NCBI GenBank assembly: GCA_963836175.1
Contig: CAWIIS010000004.1
Span: forward strand, 47,480-111,479
DNA length: 64,000 nt
DNA from: Nitrospirota bacterium
GTDB lineage: Bacteria; Nitrospirota; UBA9217
Direction: 5' to 3'
This document shows positions 40,889 to 51,328 of this stretch, in pieces. Every line of letters begins with the position of its first letter. The first letter of the stretch is position 1. The position numbers and the translations under genes were made by a program. The notes beneath the pieces were generated by a model. It was not told where the DNA came from, ran no database searches, and was given only the letters and a program-made list of their open reading frames with translations.

Positions 40889-41890
40889 TTAAGGACCAAG
40901 AAAGGCCTTCGGTGCCCTATATTCATGGCAGGTCGCACAGATTTTTTTGGCCTGCTCATTCGATACCTTCCAGACATGGGGCTTGTGGCACTCGTTGCAT
41001 TTCATACCCGTGTCCTGAACATGGGTCTTGTGTTTGCCGATCGCCATGATATTTTTATGGCAGGAGAGGCAGTTGCCCCAGTCAGGCCGTGAGGCTTTGT
41101 GAGGCTTGTGGCATTCATAGCAGTTGAACTGCATGGGCCCGTTTTCCGGCCTGTCGATCTTGATCGCGCGGCGGATCGTTTTTTCGTCGGGTTGGAAATG
41201 GGTGACATCGAGTGTCGCGTCGGCCAGCAGTTCTTTCCGGTATTTTTCGGCGCCATGGCAGTAGAGGCACTTTTTCACCCCTGGTTTGAGGTCTTTTGTC
41301 CTGTCCGTATGGCAGTTGAGGCATGCAAGCTTCTCCATCCCTGTTCCGTGCACTTCTCTGTCCTGGTGGCACGTCAGGCAATATCGTTCCTCGAGGCTGA
41401 ACTGATGGGTCCGGTAGCCGTGGCATTTTGTACATTCGATCTTCTCGTTAAAGACATGCTTCGCATGGTATCTTGAATTGCTGATGCTTGGCGCGTCCGG
41501 GAATTTATCGTTCTTGTCCCAATGGCAGGCAAAGCATGTCTTCCACGGCACGATAACTTCACCGTGCCGGGGTGAAACCTTGTTATGACCGAGCACGACA
41601 AAATTGAAGAGCTGTCTCATCTGGTCGGCCTTGGTAGAGTGGTGGCACTCATGGCAGTTTAATCCACGATGTACACTGGTCTCCCATGCCTTGTTTGCTT
41701 CATCATGAACATGACAGGCAGAGCATGCCTTGGGATCGTTCTCGAAGTAATCGTTTACCAGGTAGGCTGCAAAGAGGGACCCGAGTGAAAACAGGACCAA
41801 GACTGCGATGATAATGATCCTGGCCCTGCTTGAAATATCCGTGCTGAACCACGCACCTATTCTTTGGAAAATTGAAAACGGACTAAACAT
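40889..41890 (-). CDS. membrane-anchored multihaem c-type cytochrome (11 CxxCH motifs)
   Basis: N-terminal TM helix; CSACH, CHECH, CFACH, CTKCH, CLTCH, CLNCH, CLYCH, CYECH, CLSCH, CNECH, CATCH. Confidence 0.8.
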   Translation of the reverse strand: MFSPFSIFQRIGAWFSTDISSRARIIIIAVLVLFSLGSLFAAYLVNDYFENDPKACSACHVHDEANKAWETSVHRGLNCHECHHSTKADQMRQLFNFVVLGHNKVSPRHGEVIVPWKTCFACHWDKNDKFPDAPSISNSRYHAKHVFNEKIECTKCHGYRTHQFSLEERYCLTCHQDREVHGTGMEKLACLNCHTDRTKDLKPGVKKCLYCHGAEKYRKELLADATLDVTHFQPDEKTIRRAIKIDRPENGPMQFNCYECHKPHKASRPDWGNCLSCHKNIMAIGKHKTHVQDTGMKCNECHKPHVWKVSNEQAKKICATCHEYRAPKAFLGP

Positions 41891-42364
41891 GGAAAAAGCC
41901 TCCCTTGAAATCTGCTGTATTTTTTATAGCGGTGCTAGTCTTTCGAACTCAGCTTAACGTTAATGGAATTTTTCGTGTCGTACTAAATAAACCACCTTGG
42001 AATAAAATGCAACTAAAATCTTAAAAATGACGATATTTGTCAGTTACGAGAAGCTAAATGATATTTTTTGCATGCATTTTGCAACAGTTGTGCCGCTAAG
42101 GGAATGGGAGGCAACTCATGAGAACTGCTTTTCAGCAGCCTGTTGGTTCACTAGGAAGGACACAAGGGCCAGAAGCGGATTGCCGATGACTTCTTGTATT
42201 TGCATTAAACGGGGAATAAGGTCAAAAATGAACAAGCGGTTTAAACCTGATGGATAGGTTCGGTTCTGGCGACGTGGTTTCACGGAAGGCCGGCAACGAT
42301 CAGCGTGAGAGTACGCTTAAAAATACGGACGATATCACGTAAGCGAATATCGTCCGTTCGACGG

Positions 42365-43039
42365 TCAGGCTGCGCGTTTTGAGCCTGCAGGTTTCAGGTT
42401 TAATCTTTCCCTGATTTTACTTGCCGGGGCACTCGTTGCATACACGGCGCTTCCTACATCGAACAATTTTGATGTGCTCAGGCTTCCGACCACAACCGGG
42501 TCAAGACCTGCCTTCTCCACGAGTTCGCTGACGATCTTTAATCCTTCCGAATCGTCGCTGGCTATCGGGACCCCGATCTTTTCACCGCGTTTGGTCGTTG
42601 TTTTTTTGAGGTCCTCGAAATAGACCGTGTTGAACGCCCTTACTATCCTTGCACCCGGCAGAAGACGGGCCACAAAGGCGCCCATACCGCCAGGTTCTTT
42701 TCTTGCCTCTTCTGCGACCGCCCCGTCTCGCTCAGGATAAGGATTGGATGTGTCAATTACGATTTTGCCCTTCAGGCCCGCCTTCACTTCTGCGCCAAGC
42801 TCCGGTATGGCCTTGAACGGAACCGACAGCACGATGACATCACCAAATGCGATCGCTTCGGCGACGGTCCCGGCGCGTGCATTGGGCCCGGAGGTCTTGA
42901 CAAGGCCCTTCAGTGTATCAGGATGTCGTGAACTATAGAGAACCTCGTATCCTGCCTTTGCGAGCAGAATTCCAAGGTTTCCCCCGATATGGCCTGATCC
43001 GATGATCCCGATTTTATGTATTTTTGTATTTATTTTCAT
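42365..43039 (-). CDS. NAD(P)-binding oxidoreductase of the F420-dependent NADP reductase / P5C-reductase-like family
   Basis: GGAGGTGG RBS, start MKINTKIHKIGIIGSGHIGG (Rossmann GxGxxG). Confidence 0.6.
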   Translation of the reverse strand: MKINTKIHKIGIIGSGHIGGNLGILLAKAGYEVLYSSRHPDTLKGLVKTSGPNARAGTVAEAIAFGDVIVLSVPFKAIPELGAEVKAGLKGKIVIDTSNPYPERDGAVAEEARKEPGGMGAFVARLLPGARIVRAFNTVYFEDLKKTTTKRGEKIGVPIASDDSEGLKIVSELVEKAGLDPVVVGSLSTSKLFDVGSAVYATSAPASKIRERLNLKPAGSKRAA

Positions 43040-43296
43040 ATCGCCACCTCCAGATATACTTCCCTCCTCTTCGCATTTCACCGCTCCGAACATGGACAGG
43101 AAAAGGAACTCCTAAATAAATTATACCACCGGCGTTTCTTTCCAACAGGCCCGGAGGATCCGCCTGCTGAAGCGGCAAATGCATGGGTATAGTTTCTCCT
43201 CCCTTTTCCTTCCGCAGTATTTTCTTGCGCCCCTTCATGCAGTAAAAAAACTGCGCCTCTTTGCGTAACCCGTTGATAAACCATGATCACTACTTC

Positions 43297-43312
43297 TGGC
43301 ACGGCCCGTGCA
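43297..43312 (+). promoter_or_regulatory. candidate sigma54 (-24/-12) promoter TGGCAC-N5-gTGCA
   Basis: GG and GC separated by exactly 10 nt, about 55 nt upstream of the USP start codon. Confidence 0.4.
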
Positions 43313-43368
43313 ATATGTCAGGCAAGGTCGCACGCAAAAAAATAAAAAATCTAAAGGGAGGTAGTGCA

Positions 43369-43800
43369 ATGAAGATCATGGTTGCTTATGACGGGACACT
43401 GCAGGCGAAGGAAGCTCTGGTATACGGTATGGACAAGGCGCGTGAAAAAGGCGGCGAAGTGGTTGCGCTCCATGTGTTCAACAGCGGGATGTTCGTTGAT
43501 TACGATGCAACGGTCGGCGCAGAGGGCGCTGCGCGGGCCGAGGCCGCACGGTTCATCGAAGAGGCAAAGACCATCATCCGCGAGAAGGGCAAGGGCGTGA
43601 AAGCAAGCCTCTTCAGCACCGAAGGGAACCCGACCGACGAGGTCGTCAGCTTTGCCAAGGCCGAGAAGGTTGACGTGCTGCTCTGCCCCCCGAAGTTCAC
43701 GAAGATCATCAACAAGTACCAGCAGGCTGTGGGGGCATCGGAACTGGCGAGCGAAGCGGCGAAGCTTCATGTCGCAGCAGTATCAACGAAAACGATGTAA
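43369..43800 (+). CDS. universal stress protein (UspA family)
   Basis: GGGAGG RBS; MKIMVAYDGT...VVALHV... single USP domain. Confidence 0.7.
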   Translation: MKIMVAYDGTLQAKEALVYGMDKAREKGGEVVALHVFNSGMFVDYDATVGAEGAARAEAARFIEEAKTIIREKGKGVKASLFSTEGNPTDEVVSFAKAEKVDVLLCPPKFTKIINKYQQAVGASELASEAAKLHVAAVSTKTM

Positions 43801-43891
43801 GAACAATGCGGGTTTTGTCAGCGGACAGGAGACGGGCCTCTGCGGCCCGTGTAGGCTGCAGCTCACAGTTCAGAAGGGATGGAGACGCGCG

Positions 43892-44095
43892 ATGGAGCTT
43901 GAACACGCATTTTTACAATCGAATTTATTTACGCTGTTCCAGATGATGTTCCTGGGATCGCTCATGGTGCCGAGCATGCTCGGCCGGCTGGACATCTACG
44001 GGAAGGCGGCCCGGACCGCAGCCACCGTGGTCGTGACCGTGGGGCCTGTCGCCATGCTCGTGTACGTCCTTTTTGAAGTGTCGCTGTTGAACTAA
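43892..44095 (+). CDS. hypothetical small membrane protein (67 aa)
   Basis: GGATGGAG RBS; two hydrophobic helices; part of track ORF 43652-44095. Confidence 0.3.
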   Translation: MELEHAFLQSNLFTLFQMMFLGSLMVPSMLGRLDIYGKAARTAATVVVTVGPVAMLVYVLFEVSLLN

Positions 44096-44109
44096 GGGGA
44101 CGGCAGGCT

Positions 44110-44325
44110 TCAGGGTTCAAAATCGCTCATGTCGATCTCCCAGAACTTTCCTGACTTATGGTTGGGCTTGTTCGGCTTTTTCCAAAAAAGCGGAGCCTTG
44201 AGCGTCTTCCAGATCCGAAGCAGCTCCTGCTGGAGCCGGGGAGAATTTCCGGCAAGCGTAAGGGCCATCAAGAACTGAACCAGCAGTACATTTCTGAGCG
44301 CTATCATTATTGCGTCGGGTTGCAT
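44110..44325 (-). CDS. hypothetical small protein (71 aa)
   Basis: track ORF; hydrophobic N-terminal segment; weak support. Confidence 0.2.
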   Translation of the reverse strand: MQPDAIMIALRNVLLVQFLMALTLAGNSPRLQQELLRIWKTLKAPLFWKKPNKPNHKSGKFWEIDMSDFEP

Positions 44326-44348
44326 GGTTGCCTCCTCTATCAGGCTAT

Positions 44349-44483
44349 CTAAGCAGCATGGATGCGGACCGGTTCGGCGGTCCGGGGCTGCTGCTCAAGC
44401 GACAGCGGGGCCTCATAGATGCCTTCTTCTGCAAAGGCAATTGCTACCCAAAGATCTTCAAACATCATGGCGAACTTTTTCAT
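44349..44483 (-). CDS. hypothetical small protein (44 aa)
   Basis: GGAGG RBS 6 nt before ATG (MKKFAMMFEDLW...); followed 24 nt later by ORF 44110-44325. Confidence 0.2.
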   Translation of the reverse strand: MKKFAMMFEDLWVAIAFAEEGIYEAPLSLEQQPRTAEPVRIHAA

Positions 44484-44760
44484 TATGGCCTCCGTTGGAT
44501 TTGATGCATGGTTTTTGGTCGCGTTCTTGAGCTTGATATTGCAATGACAATGCCTGTTTGTAAGTAATTGAATTAATGGCACATATAAAATGCAAACATT
44601 GCTAGGTGCAATTTATTATTGCATGACATTTCGGTTTTTGGCGTTATAGCGGTAGTAGCTTCTGCCAAAGCAGTTAATTGCTAGTGCAGTTAAATGTTGC
44701 GTTAATTTTTTATGTTGCACTTGTTGTTTCTCTTGAGATAAAATGATCCTGGAGGTTGCT

Positions 44761-45557
44761 ATGAAGATCCTGACTATTTATGACGGAACGCTCCAGTCCA
44801 AGACCGCCCTTCGATATGGGCTTCGGAAGACAAAGGAAAAAGCAGGCGAGTTGCTCGTGCTGCAGGTATTTCAGAGCAGCCTCTTCGTGGATTATGACGC
44901 CGGACCGCGGGCAGAGGAGATCGCCCGTGCAGAAGCAGCGAGGCATCAGCGGGATGCAGAGACCATTATCAACGAGGCCGGACGACATGATCTTCGCGTA
45001 CGTGTACTGTCCGAAGAAGGCGAAACCGTCGAGGAGGCCCTGCGCGTTTCAGCAGCTGAGAAGGCGGACCTGGTCCTTGCCTCGCCCCGCTACAAGGCCA
45101 TTGCGAAGAAGGCTTCCTGCCCGGTGTACATCATGCCCGGCCTGATCCTGGTGCCGGTGGACAACTCGGAAATGCCTCTCCTGGACCGGGAGAACTGGTC
45201 CTTGCAGAGGCCCGGGCCACAGGCTCGAAGATCCTGCTGCTCGGCATCGTTCCCATACATCTCTACAACGCAGCGGAGAAAAAAGAACTTGAGCAGGTGA
45301 GCAAGGGAACCGCTGCAATGCTGAAGCTCATGAAAGCATCACTGGCCGGGAAGGGAGTCGAGGTATCTGAAGTGCTCCGGTCCGGGTATCCTGACGAGGA
45401 GATCCTGAAGGCAGCTGATGAATATGCGGCATCGCTCATCATGCTTCCTGCGGGTGGCAAGACGCCGTCGGAGCTGACCAAAGCGGCTTCGATCCTGCTC
45501 GACGAGCCCGAACGGGCGCGCATGCCGATCGAGCTTATGCAGACAGCTGAAGCGTGA
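44761..45557 (+). pseudogene. tandem-domain universal stress protein, frameshifted near 45192 (G-run)
   Basis: GGAGGT RBS; USP domain 1 (ORF 44743-45300) and USP domain 2 (ORF 45297-45557) rejoin as ...DRGELVLAEARATGSKILLLGIV... if one G is added. Confidence 0.6.
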
Positions 45558-45623
45558 TGCTTTTAATTCCGCCTCTTCCGTGTTCAAATGCTGTTTTTAT
45601 CGCGCTGCTCCTGACTTGTCCAA

Positions 45624-45656
45624 ATAAAAAGGCCCCTTGTTACGGGGCCTTTTTCT
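45624..45656. terminator. bidirectional rho-independent terminator (USP gene / cysK)
   Basis: AAAAAGGCCCC-ttgttac-GGGGCCTTTTT. Confidence 0.7.
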
Positions 45657-45683
45657 GCTACCAATCTGGTCATCCTATCCGTA

Positions 45684-46616
45684 TTATTTGGTGTACTCCT
45701 GAAACAGCCAGGTCGACAGATAGCGCTCCCCGGTATCAGGAAGCACGACCACGATGAGCTTCTGCGCGTTCTCCGGACGCCGGGCCACCTCGAGCGCGGC
45801 CCAGAGCGCCGCGCCTGAAGAGATCCCGGCAAGAATGCCTTCCTGTTTTGCAAGCTGCTTCGCAGTTTCTCCTGCCGCTTCGTTCGTCACCTGGATGATC
45901 TCATCGATAAGCTCGCTCTTCAGCACGCCGGGAACGAAGCCCGCGCCGATGCCCTGGATCTTATGCGGGCCCGCGCTGCCGCCTGACAGCACGGGCGAGT
46001 CCCGGGGTTCGACCGCGATCGCCTTGAACGACGGCTTTCTTTTTTTCAGCACGTCTGCCACGCCGGTGAGCGTGCCGCCCGTGCCAACGCCGGCCACGAC
46101 CATGTCCACCTTGCCGTCCGTGTCCGTCCAGATCTCCTGGGCAGTCGTTCTGCGATGCGCCTCGGGATTGGCCGGGTTCTGGAACTGCATGGGGACAAAA
46201 CTGTTCCTGTGCTCGACGGAAAGCTCTTCCGCTTTGGCGATGGCGCCTTTCATGCCTTTTGCCCCTTCAGTGAGGACCAGTTCAGCGCCGAAGAGCCGCA
46301 GCAAGGCGCGGCGTTCCATGCTCATGGTGTCGGGCATGGTCAGGACCAGTCGGTAGCCTTTTGCGGCACAGCAAAAGGCGAGCGCAATGCCGGTATTGCC
46401 GCTCGTGGGTTCGATGATCACGGTTTCTTTGTCGATCAGGCCGGCCGCTTCCGCCGCTTCGATCATGGCCACGCCGATGCGGTCCTTGACGCTCGACAAG
46501 GGATTGAAACTTTCCAGCTTTGCAACGACCTCGCCGGCCGCGCCCTGTGCCATACGATTGATCCTGACGAGCGGTGTGTTGCCTACGGTCTTTGTGACAT
46601 CGGAAAAAATTCTCAT
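45684..46616 (-). CDS. cysK: cysteine synthase A (O-acetylserine sulfhydrylase)
   Basis: 310 aa; PLP lysine motif SVKDR, GNTG loop, full-length CysK-like sequence. Confidence 0.9.
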   Translation of the reverse strand: MRIFSDVTKTVGNTPLVRINRMAQGAAGEVVAKLESFNPLSSVKDRIGVAMIEAAEAAGLIDKETVIIEPTSGNTGIALAFCCAAKGYRLVLTMPDTMSMERRALLRLFGAELVLTEGAKGMKGAIAKAEELSVEHRNSFVPMQFQNPANPEAHRRTTAQEIWTDTDGKVDMVVAGVGTGGTLTGVADVLKKRKPSFKAIAVEPRDSPVLSGGSAGPHKIQGIGAGFVPGVLKSELIDEIIQVTNEAAGETAKQLAKQEGILAGISSGAALWAALEVARRPENAQKLIVVVLPDTGERYLSTWLFQEYTK

Positions 46617-46911
46617 GCTGTTCTCTCCCTCGTTGCGGTCCGCGACTACTTCCGGGTGTAGTGCCCGACCTGTTCGTTTTTCGCGAGCGGCGGGTTCACA
46701 TCATCGCCGTCGCAGGTGTATCGGGAAGGAATAGGACCGTTCATGCTGAATGCCGGACTCGTTATCTTCAGCGTGTTCATAACCGTCTTTGCACCCGGTG
46801 CAGGATTTGTACGCTGAGCGCAATGAAGAATATGGATTTTGCAACTAATTCAGATCCAAGGCATGAAAAAATAATATCAGGTTTGGACTTGAATGTCCAT
46901 CCGAAGGAGAA

Positions 46912-46946
46912 TAAAAAAGGAACGTACGCTTTTAGCGTATGTCCCT
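46912..46946 (-). terminator. rho-independent terminator for 46990-48000
   Basis: minus strand GGGACATACGC-taaaa-GCGTACGTTCC + TTTTTT (one mismatch). Confidence 0.5.
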
Positions 46947-46989
46947 TATCAAGGCAGGATCTATTATTACCACTGGGTAGGACCCTCTC

Positions 46990-48000
46990 TTACTGGCGGA
47001 ACAGCTCCTTATCCAGGTATTTGTTCCTGCCGCCGACGCTCTGTTGGATGTAGGAGCCGCTCAGCGTTTTACCGTTCTCTGACATGGTCAGGTCGTAGGT
47101 CTCGGTCTTCCAGTAGGCCGGCATGGTCTTCATCTTCCATTTGATCTGCACTTTGAGGGTCTTTTCCGTGATTTCAAACTCCCGCACCGTACCGACATTA
47201 TTCTCGCCCCGGTTCGGGGGAAGGACGCTCAGTTCACCGTTGTTGTTCACGATCTCGAAACCCTGAACGACCGTATCTTCCGTGCCACGGAGCTCCTTAA
47301 AGGACCAGCTCCCGACAAAGCTCGGTATCTTTGACTTCTTGTCCTGGGGCAGCTTGACCACCTTCAGCGGCAGGTCTTTCTCGATGTCAAGCTCCGGCTT
47401 GGTGCTCATCATCGGCGCCGGTTTGGAAACCGTCACACCCGGAGCAGCGGCTGACGGAGCGGCGGCTGTTTCGGGAATTGCCGCAGAGCTCGTTTCCTGC
47501 GCTTCCTCAACAGTCGCTTCAAGCATATAGATCTGGTTTCTCACTTCCCGGATGTTCTTTGCGCGCGGGTTTGCCAGCAGATAAAGTTTGAGGCTCCTGA
47601 TCGCCTCTTTGTACATCGCTGCTTTTTCCTGCGCCACGCCGAGATTATAGTATGCCTTGTCGAGCCAGGGCGCGGCATTGGTTGCAGCCTCGAATTCGAC
47701 AATGGCTTTTTCATAACCGGCGTTGTCCGTTGCTTTGGTAAAGAAAACGACTCCGCGCGCCATGTTGCGTTCGGCTTCCTCGGGAACCGCGGGCGCGGGC
47801 TTCATGGTCAGTGCAAACTTGATGATCTTTTCGCGCAGGGCCTTGTCGCCCGGATTTTTCTGAAGGTCTGCAACATACTGGTCGAACGTTTCCGCAGGTG
47901 CGCCGGAGGCCTTTTTGGGTGCCGCCGAAGCAACGGTCGGAAGAAAGCACGCGAGGAGCAGCATCGCGATAAATACCCTGGTTTGTATCACAAAGGACAT
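46990..48000 (-). CDS. secreted protein with N-terminal TPR-like region
   Basis: AAGGAGA RBS; signal peptide MSFVIQTRVFIAMLLLACFLPTVASA. Confidence 0.5.
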   Translation of the reverse strand: MSFVIQTRVFIAMLLLACFLPTVASAAPKKASGAPAETFDQYVADLQKNPGDKALREKIIKFALTMKPAPAVPEEAERNMARGVVFFTKATDNAGYEKAIVEFEAATNAAPWLDKAYYNLGVAQEKAAMYKEAIRSLKLYLLANPRAKNIREVRNQIYMLEATVEEAQETSSAAIPETAAAPSAAAPGVTVSKPAPMMSTKPELDIEKDLPLKVVKLPQDKKSKIPSFVGSWSFKELRGTEDTVVQGFEIVNNNGELSVLPPNRGENNVGTVREFEITEKTLKVQIKWKMKTMPAYWKTETYDLTMSENGKTLSGSYIQQSVGGRNKYLDKELFRQ

Positions 48001-48397
48001 ATTTTTCTCCTTAATCTTTAAACAGTTGTATCTCGCGCAGGCCGCTATGCAAAAGTATGAACCTGTGCAATAAAAGACAGGCAAGCCCGCTACTTACGCG
48101 GCGAGCTTCGTAACCTGCTGATATTATGGATCAATTTTTATCGCGTCTCATATATTAACTGAAATGCACGGGAGAGTCAAGAGGTGTTTTTCAAAGATGA
48201 TCGACAGACTTCTGAGAAATGGCATTTGAGAAGGGTAAAATCTGATAACAATCGGATAACTATGGATTTTATTTGATTGTTTCAGCCTTTTGGATAGAAC
48301 TGTTTTTTGTTATTATCCGTGTAAATCCGCTTCGATATCACATGGCTCACAACCACCAGGCGCGGAAGCGCGGGCTTCGCGACCGCAGAAAGCGCGC

Positions 48398-51268
48398 CTA
48401 CCCCTTCATGGGCGTGCCGGACTCGATCCAGATATCGACGGCAGCAGGGTCCATGGCCCGGGAGAAGAGGAATCCCTGCCCGAACTGACACTGGAGGTCC
48501 TTGATGCTCGAGAGCTGGTGGTCGAGCTCGATCCCTTCGGCAATGACCTCCAGGTTCAGGCTTTTGGCCAGCGTAACGATGGAAGTAATGATGGCATCGT
48601 TCTCGCCGCTCGCCAGAAGCTTTGCGACAAAAGCGCGGTCGATCTTGAGCGCCGTGATCGGGAAACGGTGCAGATGGCTCAGCGAGGAATAGCCGGTGCC
48701 GAAGTCGTCTATGTGGATCTGAACGCCCATTGTGCGCAGGCGGCCCATGGTCTCGATGGCGCTCTCAATGTCCCCCATGATCATGCTCTCCGTGATCTCG
48801 AGGGCCAGGCACTCCGGTTTGAGGCCGGTTTCGAGCAGGATCCGCGTTACGATCTCGGCCAGGTCGGAGCGGGAGAACTGCTTTCCCGATATGTTCATGC
48901 TCATTTTGAGCGGCGGGTCCTGGGGGTACCGTTTTTGCCACAGTTTGAGGCGGCGGCAGGCCTCGAACAACACCCACTCTCCGAGCGGGCCGATCAGGCC
49001 GGTCTCCTCAGCGAGCGGAATGAACTCCATGGGGTAGATCAGTCCCTGACGCGGGTGGTTCCACCGGATCAGGGCTTCGAAGCCGATAAGCCGGGAGGCA
49101 TGCAGATCCATGATGGGCTGATAGTGCAGGACGAACTCCTGCTGGTCCACGGCCCTGCGCAGGTCCGCTTCGAGCTGAAGGCGGGCGATGACCCCGGCGT
49201 GCATCTGTGAGTCGTAGATCTCATAGCAGGACCCGCCCCGCGCCTTGGCCTGATACATGGCGATGTCGGCATCGCGCAGCACCTGCTCGGGCCGCTCATA
49301 GCCGGGGGCGCTCGGGGCGATGCCGATGCTGACGCCGGTAAAGACGCTGTTCCCGGCGAGGAGGATGGGGAGCGCCAGCTCCAGGCGGATCCGTTCGGCG
49401 ATGTCAACGGCGTCGCTGACCGTGCTGATGTTCTCGAGCAGGATCGCGAATTCATCGCCGCCGAGACGCGCCACGGTATCGCCCGGCCGCAGACAGCCGG
49501 ACACTTTTTTGCCGACTGCGATGAGCAGCTGGTCGCCGGCAAGGTGGCCCAGGCTGTCATTGATGACCTTGAAGCGGTCCATGTCGAGGAATAGAACGGC
49601 AAAGAGCGCGTCCCCGCGGCGCTTGGTGCTGTCGATGAGGTGCTGCAGCCGGTCCATGAACAGCGCCCGGTTCGGCAGCCCCGTAAGCGCATCGTGGAAA
49701 GCGTCGTACAACAGCTGCGCCTCGGCGCGCTTCCGCGTCGTAATGTCGGTCTGGGACCCTGCCATGCGGTAGGCCCGTCCGGTCTTGCCGCGAACAGCTA
49801 TCCCGCGGTTCAGCACCCAGCCGTAGGCGCCGTCCTTGTGGCGGATGCGGAACTCTCCCTCGAAAGGCTGATTATCACCGATGACGTGGGAGGCGATCAT
49901 CGCCTCCAGCGCGACCCGGTCGTCGGGATGGACCCTGCCGAGCCATTCCTCGGGTGCGTTCGATATTTCCATGTCGCTGAAGCCCAGCATGTTTTTCCAG
50001 CGGGGTGAGTAGTGGATCGTATTGGCCCGCAGGTCCCAGTCCCAGAGGCCGTCGTTGGCGCCGCGTGCGGCGAGGGCGTAGCGCTCCTCGCTTTCACGGA
50101 GCGCCTCTTCGGTCTTCTTGCGCTCCGTGATGTCGCGGGTATATTCGACCACGTGCGAGATCCGCCCGTCCTGGGAAATAAGAGGGTATGTATAGATCTC
50201 AAGCCACATCCTGTGGCCGTCGGGGGTGCTCACGAGCTTCTCCTTTGCGCAGGAGTCGCCTGATAAAAAGGTCTTCTGGACGATGCAGTTGTTGCAATGC
50301 GCCGTCCGGTCGTAGAGCACGTCGTAGCATTTGTTGTTGACCAGCCCGGAAAGCTGCACGTGCTTCAGCTCTGCATAGGCTTCGTTCGCCCGGACGATCC
50401 GGTAGTCGCGGTCGAAGATGCAGAACGGGTCGTGGATGCTGTTAAAGATGTTGTTCAGGAACGACTCGGAGCCCATGAGGGCGGCTTCGGTCTGCCTGCG
50501 CTCGGCAATCTCGTTCTTAAGCTTGGCGTAGCCGTTCTTCAGCGCCGCGCTCATGGTGTTAAAGTTGGAGGAGAGTTCGCCGAATTCCGTCTTGTCGGAG
50601 ACCACAACCTGGTATCCCAGTTCGCCGGCCGTGATCCGGCGCGTGGCCTCCACCAGGATGCCGATCGGCCGCGTAATGGCAGCGGTCAACTGCAGGGCGA
50701 CGGCGGCTCCGAAGGCAAAGGTGGCGATCATCATGCCGAAAATGATCATCCCTGTCCTTTTGATCTTGCCCATGACGTCGCGTGTCATGGTTTCGAGCCG
50801 GCGGCTGGCCTGGATGGACATCTTCTCGGTCTCCATCAGCAGTTTGTTGCCGGTTACCGCGGCTTGCATCTTCAGCTTCAGGATGTGCGGATTGTTGGCT
50901 GATGCGGTTATGTAATAGCTCAGGTCTCCCTCATAGGCGAGGACCATGGACCGGATCATGTTGAGCTGCGCGGTGATCTCGGGCGAGTGATGACAGGTTA
51001 TGCAGTTTGACGACGCTTTGTCCAGGCGGTTGACCCTGTCCGAGATCTCGTCGAGCTGGCTGCCCAGGGCGGTGTTAACGGTGTAGAGGTCGGACTGGAC
51101 CGCCTGGATGGACATGATGAGGTCCTTCCGGAGGTCTTCGATCTGGTGGAGCGTGACCAGGCGGCTGAGCGTGCCGGTGGTGTTGACGATATACAGCGAG
51201 GCGAAGCCCGCGCTCAGGACCGTGAAGAGAAACAGGGCGAGCAAATACAGCAGGATCTTTCGTTTCAT
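48398..51268 (-). CDS. membrane sensor GGDEF/EAL protein with periplasmic haem-c (CxxCH) helical sensor, HAMP and two PAS domains
   Basis: TM1, periplasmic ~140 aa with NCITCHH, TM2-HAMP, PAS x2, GGDEF (RLGGDEF), EAL (EALIRW...DDFGTGYSS). Confidence 0.8.
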   Translation of the reverse strand: MKRKILLYLLALFLFTVLSAGFASLYIVNTTGTLSRLVTLHQIEDLRKDLIMSIQAVQSDLYTVNTALGSQLDEISDRVNRLDKASSNCITCHHSPEITAQLNMIRSMVLAYEGDLSYYITASANNPHILKLKMQAAVTGNKLLMETEKMSIQASRRLETMTRDVMGKIKRTGMIIFGMMIATFAFGAAVALQLTAAITRPIGILVEATRRITAGELGYQVVVSDKTEFGELSSNFNTMSAALKNGYAKLKNEIAERRQTEAALMGSESFLNNIFNSIHDPFCIFDRDYRIVRANEAYAELKHVQLSGLVNNKCYDVLYDRTAHCNNCIVQKTFLSGDSCAKEKLVSTPDGHRMWLEIYTYPLISQDGRISHVVEYTRDITERKKTEEALRESEERYALAARGANDGLWDWDLRANTIHYSPRWKNMLGFSDMEISNAPEEWLGRVHPDDRVALEAMIASHVIGDNQPFEGEFRIRHKDGAYGWVLNRGIAVRGKTGRAYRMAGSQTDITTRKRAEAQLLYDAFHDALTGLPNRALFMDRLQHLIDSTKRRGDALFAVLFLDMDRFKVINDSLGHLAGDQLLIAVGKKVSGCLRPGDTVARLGGDEFAILLENISTVSDAVDIAERIRLELALPILLAGNSVFTGVSIGIAPSAPGYERPEQVLRDADIAMYQAKARGGSCYEIYDSQMHAGVIARLQLEADLRRAVDQQEFVLHYQPIMDLHASRLIGFEALIRWNHPRQGLIYPMEFIPLAEETGLIGPLGEWVLFEACRRLKLWQKRYPQDPPLKMSMNISGKQFSRSDLAEIVTRILLETGLKPECLALEITESMIMGDIESAIETMGRLRTMGVQIHIDDFGTGYSSLSHLHRFPITALKIDRAFVAKLLASGENDAIITSIVTLAKSLNLEVIAEGIELDHQLSSIKDLQCQFGQGFLFSRAMDPAAVDIWIESGTPMKG

Positions 51269-51328
51269 AAAGAATCAGCTCCTGCTGCTATAGCGGCCCC
51301 GGCTGCACAGAGGCGACGCCCCTGCCCG

